A stretch of 64,000 nt of DNA from Amoebidium appalachense (lineage: Eukaryota; Protista; Ichthyosporea). Under the pieces are notes generated by a model, which worked only from the letters and a program-made list of their open reading frames with translations, ran no database searches and was not told the origin of the DNA. The stretch's first letter is position 1. Every line of letters starts with the position of its first letter. The position numbers and the translations under genes were made by a program. This document shows positions 21,201 through 32,016 of this stretch, piece after piece. Location of the stretch: assembly GCA_963693365.1 (NCBI GenBank), contig CAVNZM010000009.1, forward strand, positions 9,405,408 to 9,469,407. Direction: 5' to 3'.

Positions 21201-22708
21201 AAGGTGGGTGAATTATACTGACTGTGTGCTTGTTCCATCTGCCCTCTATGACACATATCCTCCACGATCTCCTTTGCAGCCTGCTCTTTCACTTGTTCCA
21301 ACCTCCACTGTTTTAATCGAATCGGTGGGTTATCTCCCGTGTCTATGTGCATGGTGAATCCTTTAATCTGAGGAAATTCGTCGGGGTCCGTAGTGGTGAA
21401 GCAACGAGAGTGTGCTTCTAATAGTTTCTTAACCTCCGGAAGCATACTCTGAGGCACCCTATTCCAATCAAAACCGTGGGGAGCCTGGCCGGCATCGTGT
21501 GCACCCCCACCCGAAATTTCCGAAATTTTTCGCGGGGGGGGTTTTTCATGATCAACGGCACACATTGATTGGTCGATCGGTGAGTGTATCGGACCGCCTC
21601 GTGTCCCACTCACATGCCCTTCGTGCCCACACATGTTATCGGTAGGCACCCGGCCCGGTGGCACGGCCGGAGGTGAATTGGGTAGGCAACCTTCTCCACC
21701 CCCCGTTGCCCACCTGATGCACTGCGCTATTGCACCAACGACGGTTTGTGTACGACTGGGGTGGGGTTCGGCTTGCAAAACACTCAGTTCGTGTATGTAC
21801 TCATGTCGGCTCGTAGGAACGAAATGACCGATGGTACCGAACACGTTCAAATCCGGACCCACACCATTTTCGCACACAACAGCAATAGATTTATCCACAC
21901 TAAGTTCACAGATGGTGGGGGGGAACTTATCTCGAAATTCACGAGTAGGCTCGAAGATACCGAGGGTGCCAGCAGCAGCAGCAGCAGCAGTCACCTGCAC
22001 CGTTGCACGTAATACACATCCAAAGCCAGATTTGACGGTGGTGTCGTGCTTGACGGTAACAGGACACATTGTGTAGGGGGTGTGCAAAGATGACGTCGGC
22101 ACCACCATCCCCGACACCAGTGTTAGTGAGTGTGCTTGATGATTAGTGGTGGCAATGTGTTTGTTGGCAAAATCGTTCCCAATAATCATGTCATGCTTAA
22201 TATTTTTAATTACTAAGCAAGGCCACATGAATGTTTGAGAACCGAGGCATAACGGGAGCATCACTTCACCACTCACAGCTAGAGCTTTATCGTTTTTTCT
22301 TACAGAAGTAACAATAACATCCGAGGGTTGCAAAGCAAACTCCTGCATGTGTCGGGAAAAAACAGCTTCACTAACCACCGTGAATGATGCCCCAGTGTCA
22401 AACAATGCAAAGTATTTTTCATTACTCAACGTAACATTAACATAGATACGTCTTCCTGCATTGCATATGGCACTTATATCGAACACTTTTCTTATTCTAT
22501 CGAGTGTTCGAAGTTTCTTTGTGGGGGGGGATAGGTGTGGGGGGGTGGGGGGTCGGGGGTCGGGGGAAGGGGGCTCGGAGGGGGGAATATCAGAAGAAGC
22601 CGGGGCAGAAGCACATGGTATAGGCACATTTTTAATTACTTTTTCGTGACCCACTGGGTCACAATGTGCAATACATGCCGTATTCGTGCTTCCAGCACCG
22701 GCAATTAC
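18217..22708 (-). pseudogene. pol: Gypsy pol (protease, RT, RNase H, integrase, chromodomain), interrupted
   Basis: ALFDTGAS protease; TDFRALN, APQGL and YADD RT; CDAS...ESDHKP RNase H; CTQC and VSVDLMGP...SDQGSEF...SNERSH integrase; EWVVEKVLD...YQIKWAG...SWESEKDL chromodomain. TAA directly after YADD (20858) and frameshifts at ~19800 and ~19460. Confidence 0.93.
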
Positions 22709-23069
22709 CTATTTATCACTTTGCTTGCCCTTCTTCTTGGCAGCTCGGGTGGGGCAATCTTTAAAACGATGCCCCGGCTGCTTGCAAGCCCAACAATTGG
22801 GCCCCCTCTTATCTTTCTTATTTTCCTTAGCCCATTTGCCCCCCCATTAGATTTACCCTTACCACCAACATTACCCCCACTACCTCCGTGGCCACCCCCG
22901 TGACCACCACCACCACCACCATGCCCCCCACTACCACCACCCATCTCATCTACAGCACCCACATTACGGTTACATTTTAAATTGTGAGCACCCACATCAG
23001 CCTCATACCGTCGGATGACACGGGCCATGGCTTGCTTGAGCATTGTCGTCACCAAGGTGGTTAGACATG
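22709..23069 (-). pseudogene. gag: Gypsy gag remnant: Gly-rich linker and CCHC zinc knuckle, capsid largely missing
   Basis: CWACKQPGHRFKDC at ~22754-22795 ending ...KQSDK-TAG (22711-22709). Only ~430 nt lie between the PBS and this stop. Confidence 0.8.
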
Positions 23070-23143
23070 TTAGAACCCAAACAACTAAAAACATAGTACT
23101 TGCTTGATACGAGCACACTTGCAGCGCAAGAACTAGCGCTGCA

Positions 23144-23159
23144 GGGGGTGTAGCTCAGC
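23144..23159 (-). promoter_or_regulatory. Primer-binding site complementary to the 5' end of tRNA-Ala
   Basis: Minus strand GCTGAGCTACACCCCC abuts the 5' LTR. Its complement GGGGGTGTAGCTCAG is the conserved nt 1-15 of tRNA-Ala. Confidence 0.8.
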
Positions 23160-23771
23160 TGTTGTATAATATGATCGTGTGTCTGTGACAAACAATATGT
23201 TTATAAATGAACGGGGTTGACTAGACCACGCTTTGCTTAGTTACGTGCTAGTCCTACTTACACCTAGTAAGCCGAGCACACTGAGTAAGCTCTGAAGCCC
23301 CCGACATGCCCTTATAACGGAGCTCGCACAGCGGCTCAGACATGCGCATCGGTATGTGCTTTTTGGCTACGAGAGCCAATCACATACGGTTCACGGTTCT
23401 GTCCCATGGCTATCACGGTTCCAATAAACCTATTGAGCCAATCGGGTGACAGTACTTGATTATCGATGCATTCCACAGTCATACCTCACGCGGCTACTTG
23501 CATATTTTCCCATGATAAAACTATAACTTAACGCTCATGGTTCCTCTGCTACGTGTCGGTCCCATGTGGCTATTATATCTGTTTTCCCATGAATAATCCT
23601 GCAAGTTGCACGTGCACATACGTTTAACTCCATGCTCATGCGCACAAGACTGGGAGGGACATGCATACTGGCCTACCTAAGATCAAACACAGTGGTATAT
23701 ATACATGTACACGTGTGCGTATATCTCAACCTGTGTACATCCATACTAGATATCCGGTATAATATACCACA
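23160..23771 (-). repeat. Gypsy 5' LTR (612 bp)
   Basis: Direct repeat of 17565-18176, adjacent to the PBS. Confidence 0.95.
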
Positions 23772-23776
23772 GTACA

Positions 23777-24740
23777 TGCTAGGCAACAATGAGCGCCATC
23801 GTAGTATCTGACACCCCTATTACATATTATGGGTAAGCAGATGCTAGCATCGGTAGCTCCGACAGAAAGTTAAGGCACCGGATCACAATATCATACTGTG
23901 CAGCATTAATAAGGTGATCTAGGATAGTCATCTTAACGCGGATATATTGAGGAAGAGATGAAGAAAAGAGAATAAAACCGCCAATAACCTCCGGTTCTAA
24001 TACATTAGCTAACAGGTTGCATTTATTGATAGATATGCAGCCGCGAGTAAACCGCCCCCCACACATATTACACATACGAGCAGGAGACACCAGAAACCGA
24101 TTACACCGCCAAGCCATAATCATCTTTGCGTTTTTACACCACACCACATTACGAATAAACGAATCTATGTATGAACGAGACTCTCTAACCGTATCCGCCA
24201 TATAGGCTACTAGTAGTTGGTGTTTGTGCGGTCCTAACACCGGAAGGGACTCAACACGTAGAGTAAAAAGATATCTATCAGCCATAGACTTGAAACTATT
24301 CATATTCACACTATGATCTAGCCGTACCTCCGGGGGGGTCGCCAGCCATTCCACATAGCGCTCGGCAATGGGCAGAGACGATGGGGAAGGGAAGAGGTAC
24401 AGGGGCGAATCCGGCGGGGATGCGTGTAGCCGGAAGAGCGGGTGGTCCGGGGCACAAGCGGACAGGCGGGTGATGTGCTCGTGAAATTTAAGGGCTAATT
24501 CGTGTACGCGTTGTGATGGTGGTGTGAGTGCGTAGAGAGAATCAAAAAGGCGTCTAGGGATAGGTGTGGAAAGACCAGTGAGAAACATACAACAAGTTGT
24601 GTAATGGAAATCATCTAATGATTTGAGGACATTAGTAACAGTATCAGGGGGTGCCATAGCTAGTAAGGGCAACCCGTATTCCGACAAAGGGCGAATATAT
24701 GTGCGAAATATACTAAGACGATTGTATAGGTGGACTTGTC
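23777..24740 (-). mobile_element. 5'-truncated non-LTR (LINE-like) retrotransposon; its 3' tail continues at 17455-17564 on the other side of the gypsy
   Basis: RLSIFRTYIRPLSEYG (post-RT thumb motif Y-x-IRP-x-x-EYG), then ORF 23827-24687 with C-terminal CNMCGGRFTRG. A second copy lies at 27968-28401. Confidence 0.75.
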
Positions 24741-25079
24741 AGCCAGCGACGTTACCCCTACACCAACCCGCCCCCCACTTGCGTCCTGTCAAGAAGCTCC
24801 GCCGCAAAGAAGTACTCGCTCCCCAGCTGCAGTACAGAGGAATTCGACTGAGTACACGCGCCGATAGGAAGCGCACGTGCTGTCAGCTGTCAAGAGGATG
24901 CGCCGCAGGCGCTAGTCAGACGATGTCGCGAATCGGGTTCTCGATCCGATCCGAATCCTTAACCGAATCCGATTCGATTCCGATTCCTAGACCGATTCAG
25001 AAACGATTCCTAATCATTGATCCAATTCCGAAGCGATCTTTGCCTCAGATGAGTGAGTAACGTTTGTGCCATTCATAGG

Positions 25080-25403
25080 CATGCAAGGGTGGGGAGAGCG
25101 CCGGGGCGAGCGCAGCGAGCCCCTGCAGTAAGCAAGTCTTAACAACTCAGCCTGAGGGAAAACCCTTCCTTTCCAGTGACTGATACAGTGCGATAAAAAA
25201 AGTAAAAACACTGTGAGAGAAAAGGCCACGCGGGCTGAGAGCCTCGGTCCGGGCACACGCGGAGACCGTGTTGACGCAATTTATCTGATTTGAAGGCTCT
25301 GAGCACGCGTGGCCTTTTCTCCCTTCAGGCTGGGTTGTTAGCACTTGCTCGCTGCCGGGGCTTGCTGCACTCGCCCCGGCGCTCGCCCGCACTAGCGGCA
25401 TGC
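25080..25403. mobile_element. Internal ~80-bp inverted-repeat MITE-like element
   Basis: GAGCGCCGGGGCGAG...AACAACTCAGCCTGAGGGAAAA (25096-25162) is the imperfect inverse of 25315-25384. Confidence 0.6.
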
Positions 25404-25577
25404 TGTCCTTACTGACCCATTCGGGGCGGAAATTCGCAAATCGCTTCAGAATCGAATCGGAGTGGTAAGATCGGACAGAATTGGTCTAGATTTTAGAAGA
25501 CCTCTCACGAATCATCCTAGATTTTAGAAGACCTCTCACGAATCATCGTGGTCTAGGATTCGGAATCGGATTGGAAT

Positions 25578-25976
25578 CAGGGTTGGGCTGGGGCTCGCCA
25601 GCTTAACCGTATCGCCCTTTGGCCAATCGTAACGGACAATTTCTTAATCGTAACGGGTGGGTTCTTGGGGAGCTGCAAGCCCCCCCTCCAGTCGCAAAAC
25701 TCAAAATACGTGTTTTTACAAATTGAGTACCGCAAAGCCCTGGAAACTTATCGGGGCTCGATATTGCACATGAGAAGCGCTGTAGATATGTTCTTGGGGG
25801 GAAATGTGCTGTTCTTGAACAAAAATATTGAAAAAATAGGGAAAGTTACATATATAAGCGTTTATAATGATACACACCTGATACGAAAGCTGTTACGACG
25901 GTACCCTGACCTTATTCGTATCGGGGTCTCTCGTTAATCGTAATTACGACGATTTTTTTTCGTAATCCCTACCCTG
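25578..25976. mobile_element. Non-autonomous hAT-type MITE (copy 2, inverted relative to copy 1)
   Basis: CAGGGTTGGG...CCCTACCCTG ends, 8-bp flanks ATTGGAAT/ATTTGAAT (7/8), homologous to 10153-10548 over its length. Confidence 0.85.
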
Positions 25977-27967
25977 ATTTGAATCGGTCAAGGATTCGGA
26001 ATCGAGAACCCGATTGCAATATCACATGGCATGGGCCATCTCATGGTTTCACAGCTGTGTTGGGGCCGGGTGGCACTGTGACACGCTGACGTCATTGACT
26101 CACAAGTCACAAGCTGCACAGGCGCGAAGACAGGCTCATGGTTCTTGTAGCTTCACCAGCAGCACGTTTTTTTTTGGTGTGTCCTGGACCATTATATACC
26201 CTAATAGTTTGAGCGAATTTTCACTTTATCGGCAGCATAAATTTTCATTTTCAGGCAGTGAAGCTGCTGTTGGGCATTATGCCGTAGCATGATCATATCT
26301 GAAGGGAAGCTTTGCTTCGTACCGTTCTCCAGTTCTCTTGTCCCTCAGTCTCACTCTCAGAGACTCCCTCACAGTACTAGTTGTATGTAAACTTTAGTAC
26401 TACTGTATTCGAGCACAAAAAGCTCTTCTCTCTCTCTTTGCCAAACAGGCAGTAAGGATCAACAGGGAATCGCAAACACAGCATCAATGTACCAGCCACT
26501 TGTATCATAATAGGGGTGATCTCACCACCATGAAGTTCCACAAAGAGGTACACGCTGTGTTTTCTTGAAGCAGCAGCATTTCAGTGTCTCTGTCAAGCAT
26601 CCGGCGTATGCTTCAGGTCTAACCTCGGCATACTGTGGGTGGTGGAAGCTGTGTTAGAAAACCGTGTGGTGGGGTTTGCGGATGCGTGCACTTGTGTGCA
26701 TTAAATAACTTTTTCGTGTCTGTTATGCAGCTTTGGGACGTCTCCCATTTCAACGTTTCAGTATAATTTTTGCTCTTTCCCGTCACCACAAGCTTCCCAT
26801 TCTAAACAAGATCTTTCAAGATCTTTAAGAAGTCGAAACTTCAGCAACGAGTGATTCCTTCTATAAAGGCCCCATAAACGTTTCATGCCACCCTGGTGTG
26901 CATAACCTAAGCTCCTAGTGTTGGCTAGGCACCAGTTACAGAAGCCATACAACACCTGTGCACCTGCAGTGGGCCCTACTGCAAGCACACGTAAACCCGG
27001 AGCTTGTATTCGCAACCGCAAATGTCTTTTCTAGTCAAGTGGTTTTTACGTGGCTTAATTAAAGTGTCTTGATTTGCGTCCCATATTTTGCTTTCTCTTG
27101 TCTCCTTTTCGCTTTCTCAAAGAAGTGCAAGAAGAAGTGGAGAAGAAAGGAGAACGTAGGTGGTTACCGTCCTTGTGCGTCCCTCTTGCAGTGTAGTAAA
27201 CGGACGTAGCTGTAGCACAAACAGCGTGTTCAGCACTCGAAGCAACACGACGTACACCGACAGGCGTTCACGCTGGAAGTCCAAAAGGGACTGTTATCGT
27301 CGTCGTAGCACAAAAGAAAAAAAAAACTTCGCAGCGTTTTTCTTTCGGAGAGTCGACGGAGTAGCACGGCCGACGAAGCACATTTTGCACGTCTCCAAAA
27401 TAATCGCTTCCGATTGATCAATGTAAATTAGGTCTAGGGATCATGACCATATAGGGGCAAACCTAAAATTAACGATGCTTTCCTGGCCAATCAATGGCTT
27501 TCACGTCTAACGCAGAAAAGGGTGCAAAAGCACCGTAGAAAAAAAAATTCAGTCCACGAGGAGCCGAAAAAGAAGGCCGAGAAAAGATGTGAAGATTCTG
27601 CACCTTTCAACCAAAGGTGTCTGAAAGTCGTAGTAAAAGTGTCATCAAGAGTGGAAAAATAGGCACTTTGTGTTATTAATATGGGGTTCTAGAGCATTAA
27701 TAGTTATGTGTGTTCTCGAAAAAAAAGTCCTAAAACTTTTGGCCGTAACCACCACAGAAATACCACCAGAAACAGGTCTAGCTCAGATGTTATGTTATAT
27801 GTGTAAATGCGGCGGTCAATATGAATTTATGTGCTGTTTATGGAGCATTGGGTTATGTCTCAACCTGTGACCCATCTTTACTAATGCAAGACCTCGTGTC
27901 TCTGTATCGCAACACATGTACATACAACTGACAACTGAGACCCGCTCAGGAGTGACGGTCATACATA

Positions 27968-28401
27968 CTCGGTTTCTGGTGTCGCCCTCTCGTATGTGTA
28001 ATATGTGTGGGGGGCGGTTTACTCGCGGATGCATATATATCAGTAAGTGTAACCTATTAGCTAACGTAATAGAACCGGAGGTTATTGGCGGTTTTATTCT
28101 CTTTTCTCCCTCTCTGCCTCAATATATCCGTTTTAAAATGACTATCCTAGATAACCTTATTAATGCTGCAGAGTATGATATTGTGATACGGTGTCTTAAC
28201 TTTCTTTCGGAGCTACCGATGCTAGCCTCTGCTTACCCATAATATGTAATAGGGGTGTCGTATACTACGATAGCACTAATTGTTGCTTAGCATGTACAAA
28301 TGTCACTAGCTGCATTTGATTGGCTGCGCTGGAAACTCAGTAGGCCGTCGAGTGTGGCTGGGCCCCCGACAGTGTCCACGCAATAAAAAGTGTGTAAACC
28401 C
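27968..28401 (+). mobile_element. Second, shorter 3' fragment of the same LINE-like family
   Basis: RFLVSPSRMCNMCGGRFTRGC...ELPMLASAYP* is nearly identical to the 23827 ORF end and shares the 3' tail. A third ~55-bp tail piece lies at 28724-28777. Confidence 0.85.
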
Positions 28402-28859
28402 CTCATACATGTACACTGGGATCAGGGCTCAGCTAGGCTATCCAGATATGGTAAAGTCATTACATCCTTGTCATTGGTTCGTAGGGCAGGGATTCTCAAC
28501 CGTGACATGTGCTTCCGTCACACCACAACTGTTGTACACTGTATTGGCCACGTGCAGCAACACAACACTTGGGGGCAAGACCCCAACATTTGTGCATGCT
28601 ACAATATATATCAGCCTAGTAAATAGTTTTCCCAGTAGGAACTGTCACAAATTTTACGTTTTCACACCCATTGTTTGAGTAAAACCCCAAATTCTGATGC
28701 ATATGGGATGAACAGCAAATATGTGTGTGGCTGGGCCCCCGGCAGTGTCCACGCAATAAAAAGTGCGTAAATCCCCACACGTATAGACGGAATCTGAAAT
28801 AATTTTTTTTAAATGACTTTAACAAATTAAAAAAACAATTACTGCTGGCAAAAAAAAAA

Positions 28860-30955
28860 ATGGTTATTATGTTCCAGCATATGTTAGCAGGTAATGCACG
28901 GAGGGCTTTTTGCACCACTGCACATGCACCGGGGGCCAGCATCCTCGACACTCGAAACATTTTTGGAGGGCACCAAAGACTGCTGGTGGTGTTGGACATC
29001 AACGGGGTTCTACTGCACAGGGCCACAACCAAGAGCAGTGTGAGTTAAAAAATCTAAGAATTCCAAACGTACACGTTGCGAGTTGTGTGCTTGTGCATGT
29101 GCATTGAAAGTAACTACCAATAAGACAGCAGGCAACTTCACGGTTTTAGTTTCTATTAACGATACATATTACTGAGGCATGCATGCACGTGCACACAGTC
29201 ATGTGTGAAAAAATTGCTGCACGATACAAGAGTGTTACTACGAACGACTAGTGCACACTTAATAACATTGTGGACAGTCATTTTACCGGAATGAACAGAT
29301 CTCTCAAGACTTGATTGCAAGCATTATAGTTAGGCACGGAACCTCCCCCCCCCCCCCCCCCCCCTCTCCCCCCCTCCCAACGAAAAAAAATGCTTTCGTC
29401 AATAAACTTCATCGTGCAATACCAGCTATAACTTGGGACATGCATGCATTATGATTGCAATAAAGAGAAATGGTTCCGGCGATAGCCATATTAACAGAGA
29501 AATATATAAAACACACCTCAGAAATTTTATTATCACCACATCAACTGGCGACGCTTTTAGCTTTTCTAACTACTCTCTTTCCCTTTCTAGGTCAAGGAGC
29601 AGTTATCACCACCCACACGTCTTGCTCCAAAGCACTTTGTGTGGAATCGTCCCCACCTGAGTTCTTTTGTGGATTTTCTCAAGCGGCAGCCGTATTTTGA
29701 TGTGGCCGTGTGGTGTTCAGCAAATGCTAAAAACACTCAGGTGCGTACATACATCATTTGCGCAGGATTTAGTATTATGCATTTTTCGTCATTTGTTTCC
29801 AATCCCCACCCCCACCCACCCCCTTCTCCACTTCCCTCTGTCATCTTTTTTTTCTCTTTTATTTTCTTTCTTTCTTCACTCTTGCTCCATATATCTTCCC
29901 CCCGCCCCCCCCCCCGCCCCCCCCAATAAAAGTAAGGAACTTTTATGCAACGGTTGTACCCCTTGCACCCAGGATGAGGGGGGTAGGGGGTACTGCCGAA
30001 ACAATTGGGCTCGTGGGAAGGGAAAATGGAAATGGCCAATGCATATTGTCTGGATTACAGTATATAGCCACAGCCTATTCAATAATCGTCCCCCGGCCGC
30101 CTCCCCCCCTCCCTCTCCTCCCCCGTTTCCTCTCTCTCCTCTCTCTCCTCTCTCTCCTCTCTCTCCTCTCTCTCCTCTCTCTCTTCTCTCTTCTCTCTTC
30201 TCTCTCTCTCTCTCCTAGCTCTCCCTCCCTCCCTCCCTCCCTCCCTCCCTCCCTCCCTCCCTCCCTCCCTCTCCCTCTCCCTCTCCCTCTCTCTCTCTGT
30301 GTGTGTGTGTTTCCCTCCCCGCCCAACCCCCTCTCTCTTTCTTCTCCCCCCTGCCCCTCTCCCCCCGCCCAACGCTCTCCCTCTCTCTCTCCGATCCCCT
30401 TCTTCCCTCTTCCTCCGTTTCCTTCTTTCTTTCTCTACTTTCTTTCTCTGGACACTTCCTTTTTTTTTCTTTTTTTCCGTTTTCTGCAGCTCTTGATGGA
30501 CCACGTGTTTCCGGATCCACCCAACACGCTCGTCTTTGCCTGGGACCAAGACATGTGTGACGTACATGGCCACCACCCCAACAACCGTTACCATCCTCTG
30601 TTCAGCAAACCCCTCCATAAGGTATCCATCCCCCCCCCCCCCCCCCCCCCTCCTCCCCACCCCTTCCCTTCCCCGTCCCGTCACCACCTCTTCCTGGTTT
30701 ATGCTTTTCACTCCTCCCCCTCCCCCCCTCACCCTGCCCCTCCCCTCCATTCCCCCCCCCCCTTTCCCCCCTCCTCCCCTTGGGCGCAAAACCTGACGGT
30801 CCTCCATTGCATCCCCCCTCCCCCCCCCCCCCCCCTCCCCCCCCTCCCCCCCCCCCCCCCCCCCTCCCCCCTTTCTACCCATGGCCACCTGATGGATTTG
30901 ATAACGTACAGCGCAATTCGAATGCTCCTAGCAAAAGCTGATACAATTGTGCACC

Positions 30956-30988
<33 letters not shown>

Positions 30989-31923
30989 CGCGACACACAC
31001 ACACACACACACAAAAAAGAAAGAAAGAAGGAAAGAAAGAAAAGAAAGAAAGAAAGACAGAAAGAATGAGAAAGAAAGAAAACCAGTACCACACCGCCCC
31101 AACCTCACGGTAAACCACCGCCCCCACACAGATTTGGCTCCATCCCGTACTCGACAAACACTACACCCCCACCAACACACTACTCATCGATGACGACCCA
31201 TACAAAGGGGCATCCACGCCCCTTAACGCAATCCACCCACCCAAGTGGACACCTGACATTAAGGGGGACAACTATCTGGCAGAGGGGGGTGAACTGCAGA
31301 GGTTGCTGCTGCTGGCATCGCAGTTTGAAAATGTAAGCACCTTTTGCATTTTCTTCCGATATCGAGGTATATGCTTACACTAAAACTCAAGGCTAATGTT
31401 GAAAATGGATCTATCATTTGCATGCTGCCTTTTGAGCAATTACGTTATGACGGTTAGGTTTGAAGTCACCATAAGTTAATTTTTTTTATTCCCCTCCCCC
31501 CCTCCTCCCCGTCCCTCCGTCTCTCGGCCGGTCTCCCCCCTTCCTGGCACACGTGCCTATAGTCTTTACTCTTACAGTTCCGGGTAAGGTTGCATATAGA
31601 TCACTTTTCAACTGACATGACTTCACTTATCAAGCTGCTCATAGGTGGGCCCACATTATTTGGCTGCGCGTGCTTTTCATATTTACGATACTGGTTGCGG
31701 TGGTACAGTAACACATATGATCACCAGTTCACCGATTGCATGACCAATGACTTACACATGTTATCTGGACCATAGACAGCAATGCAACTATGTTTTATGA
31801 ACTTGGAATGGCAAAACCTGCGAACATTTTAATGCAGCAGCTATAGTTACCAACTAATCTATCTGTTTTGGTTGACAGGTGCAAGAGTTGGTGAAGGCGT
31901 ACTACAAGCAGGACGCCAGTTGA
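28860..31923 (+). CDS. FCP1/NIF-family HAD phosphatase-like protein (DxNG variant), 5 exons
   Basis: Exons 28860-29039, 29591-29740, 30490-30621, 31132-31332, 31879-31923; all introns GT-AG, phase 0. Motifs LLVVLDINGVLLHR, RPHLSSFVDF, VAVWCSA, FAWDQDMC, KPLHKIW, NTLLIDDDPYK. Confidence 0.9.
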
Positions 31924-31976
31924 TGCAGTGCTGTGATTTGCGGGCCCAGCAAACCATCGTTGAACAGTTCCTGCAG

Positions 31977-32016
<40 letters not shown>

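Larger units (their letters stand above)
17565..23771 (-). mobile_element. Ty3/gypsy LTR retrotransposon with integrase chromodomain; recent but defective
   Basis: Direct LTRs at 17565-18176 and 23160-23771 (TG...CA), 5-bp TSD GTACA (17560-17564; 23772-23776), pol order PR-RT-RH-IN-chromodomain, purine-rich tract at 18177-18186. Confidence 0.97.
24929..26016. mobile_element. Foldback/MITE-like element with long GATTC/GAATC-rich TIRs, hosting two nested elements
   Basis: 24929-24995 (AATCGGGTTCTCGAT...CCGAATCCTTAACCG...TCCTAGACC) is the inverse of 25549-25577 plus 25985-26016 once the hAT MITE is removed. No TSD identified. Confidence 0.7.

Noticed and set aside
23144-23170. A tRNA-Ala gene or tRNA-derived SINE at the LTR edge
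   Set aside because: Only about 16 nt match; there is no anticodon arm or B box, and the position is exactly that of a PBS.
23144-23771. Tf1-style self-priming of the gypsy element
   Set aside because: I found no sequence within the LTR complementary to the PBS on the element strand, whereas the tRNA-Ala 5' match is exact.
25345-25400. Helitron 3' end (GC hairpin followed by CTAG)
   Set aside because: The hairpin is part of one arm of a larger inverted repeat with 25080-25165, better explained as a MITE TIR.
26440-27030. Possible exons of a plus-strand gene
   Set aside because: Protein-like stretches contain stops in every frame, and no consistent splice model or motif was found.
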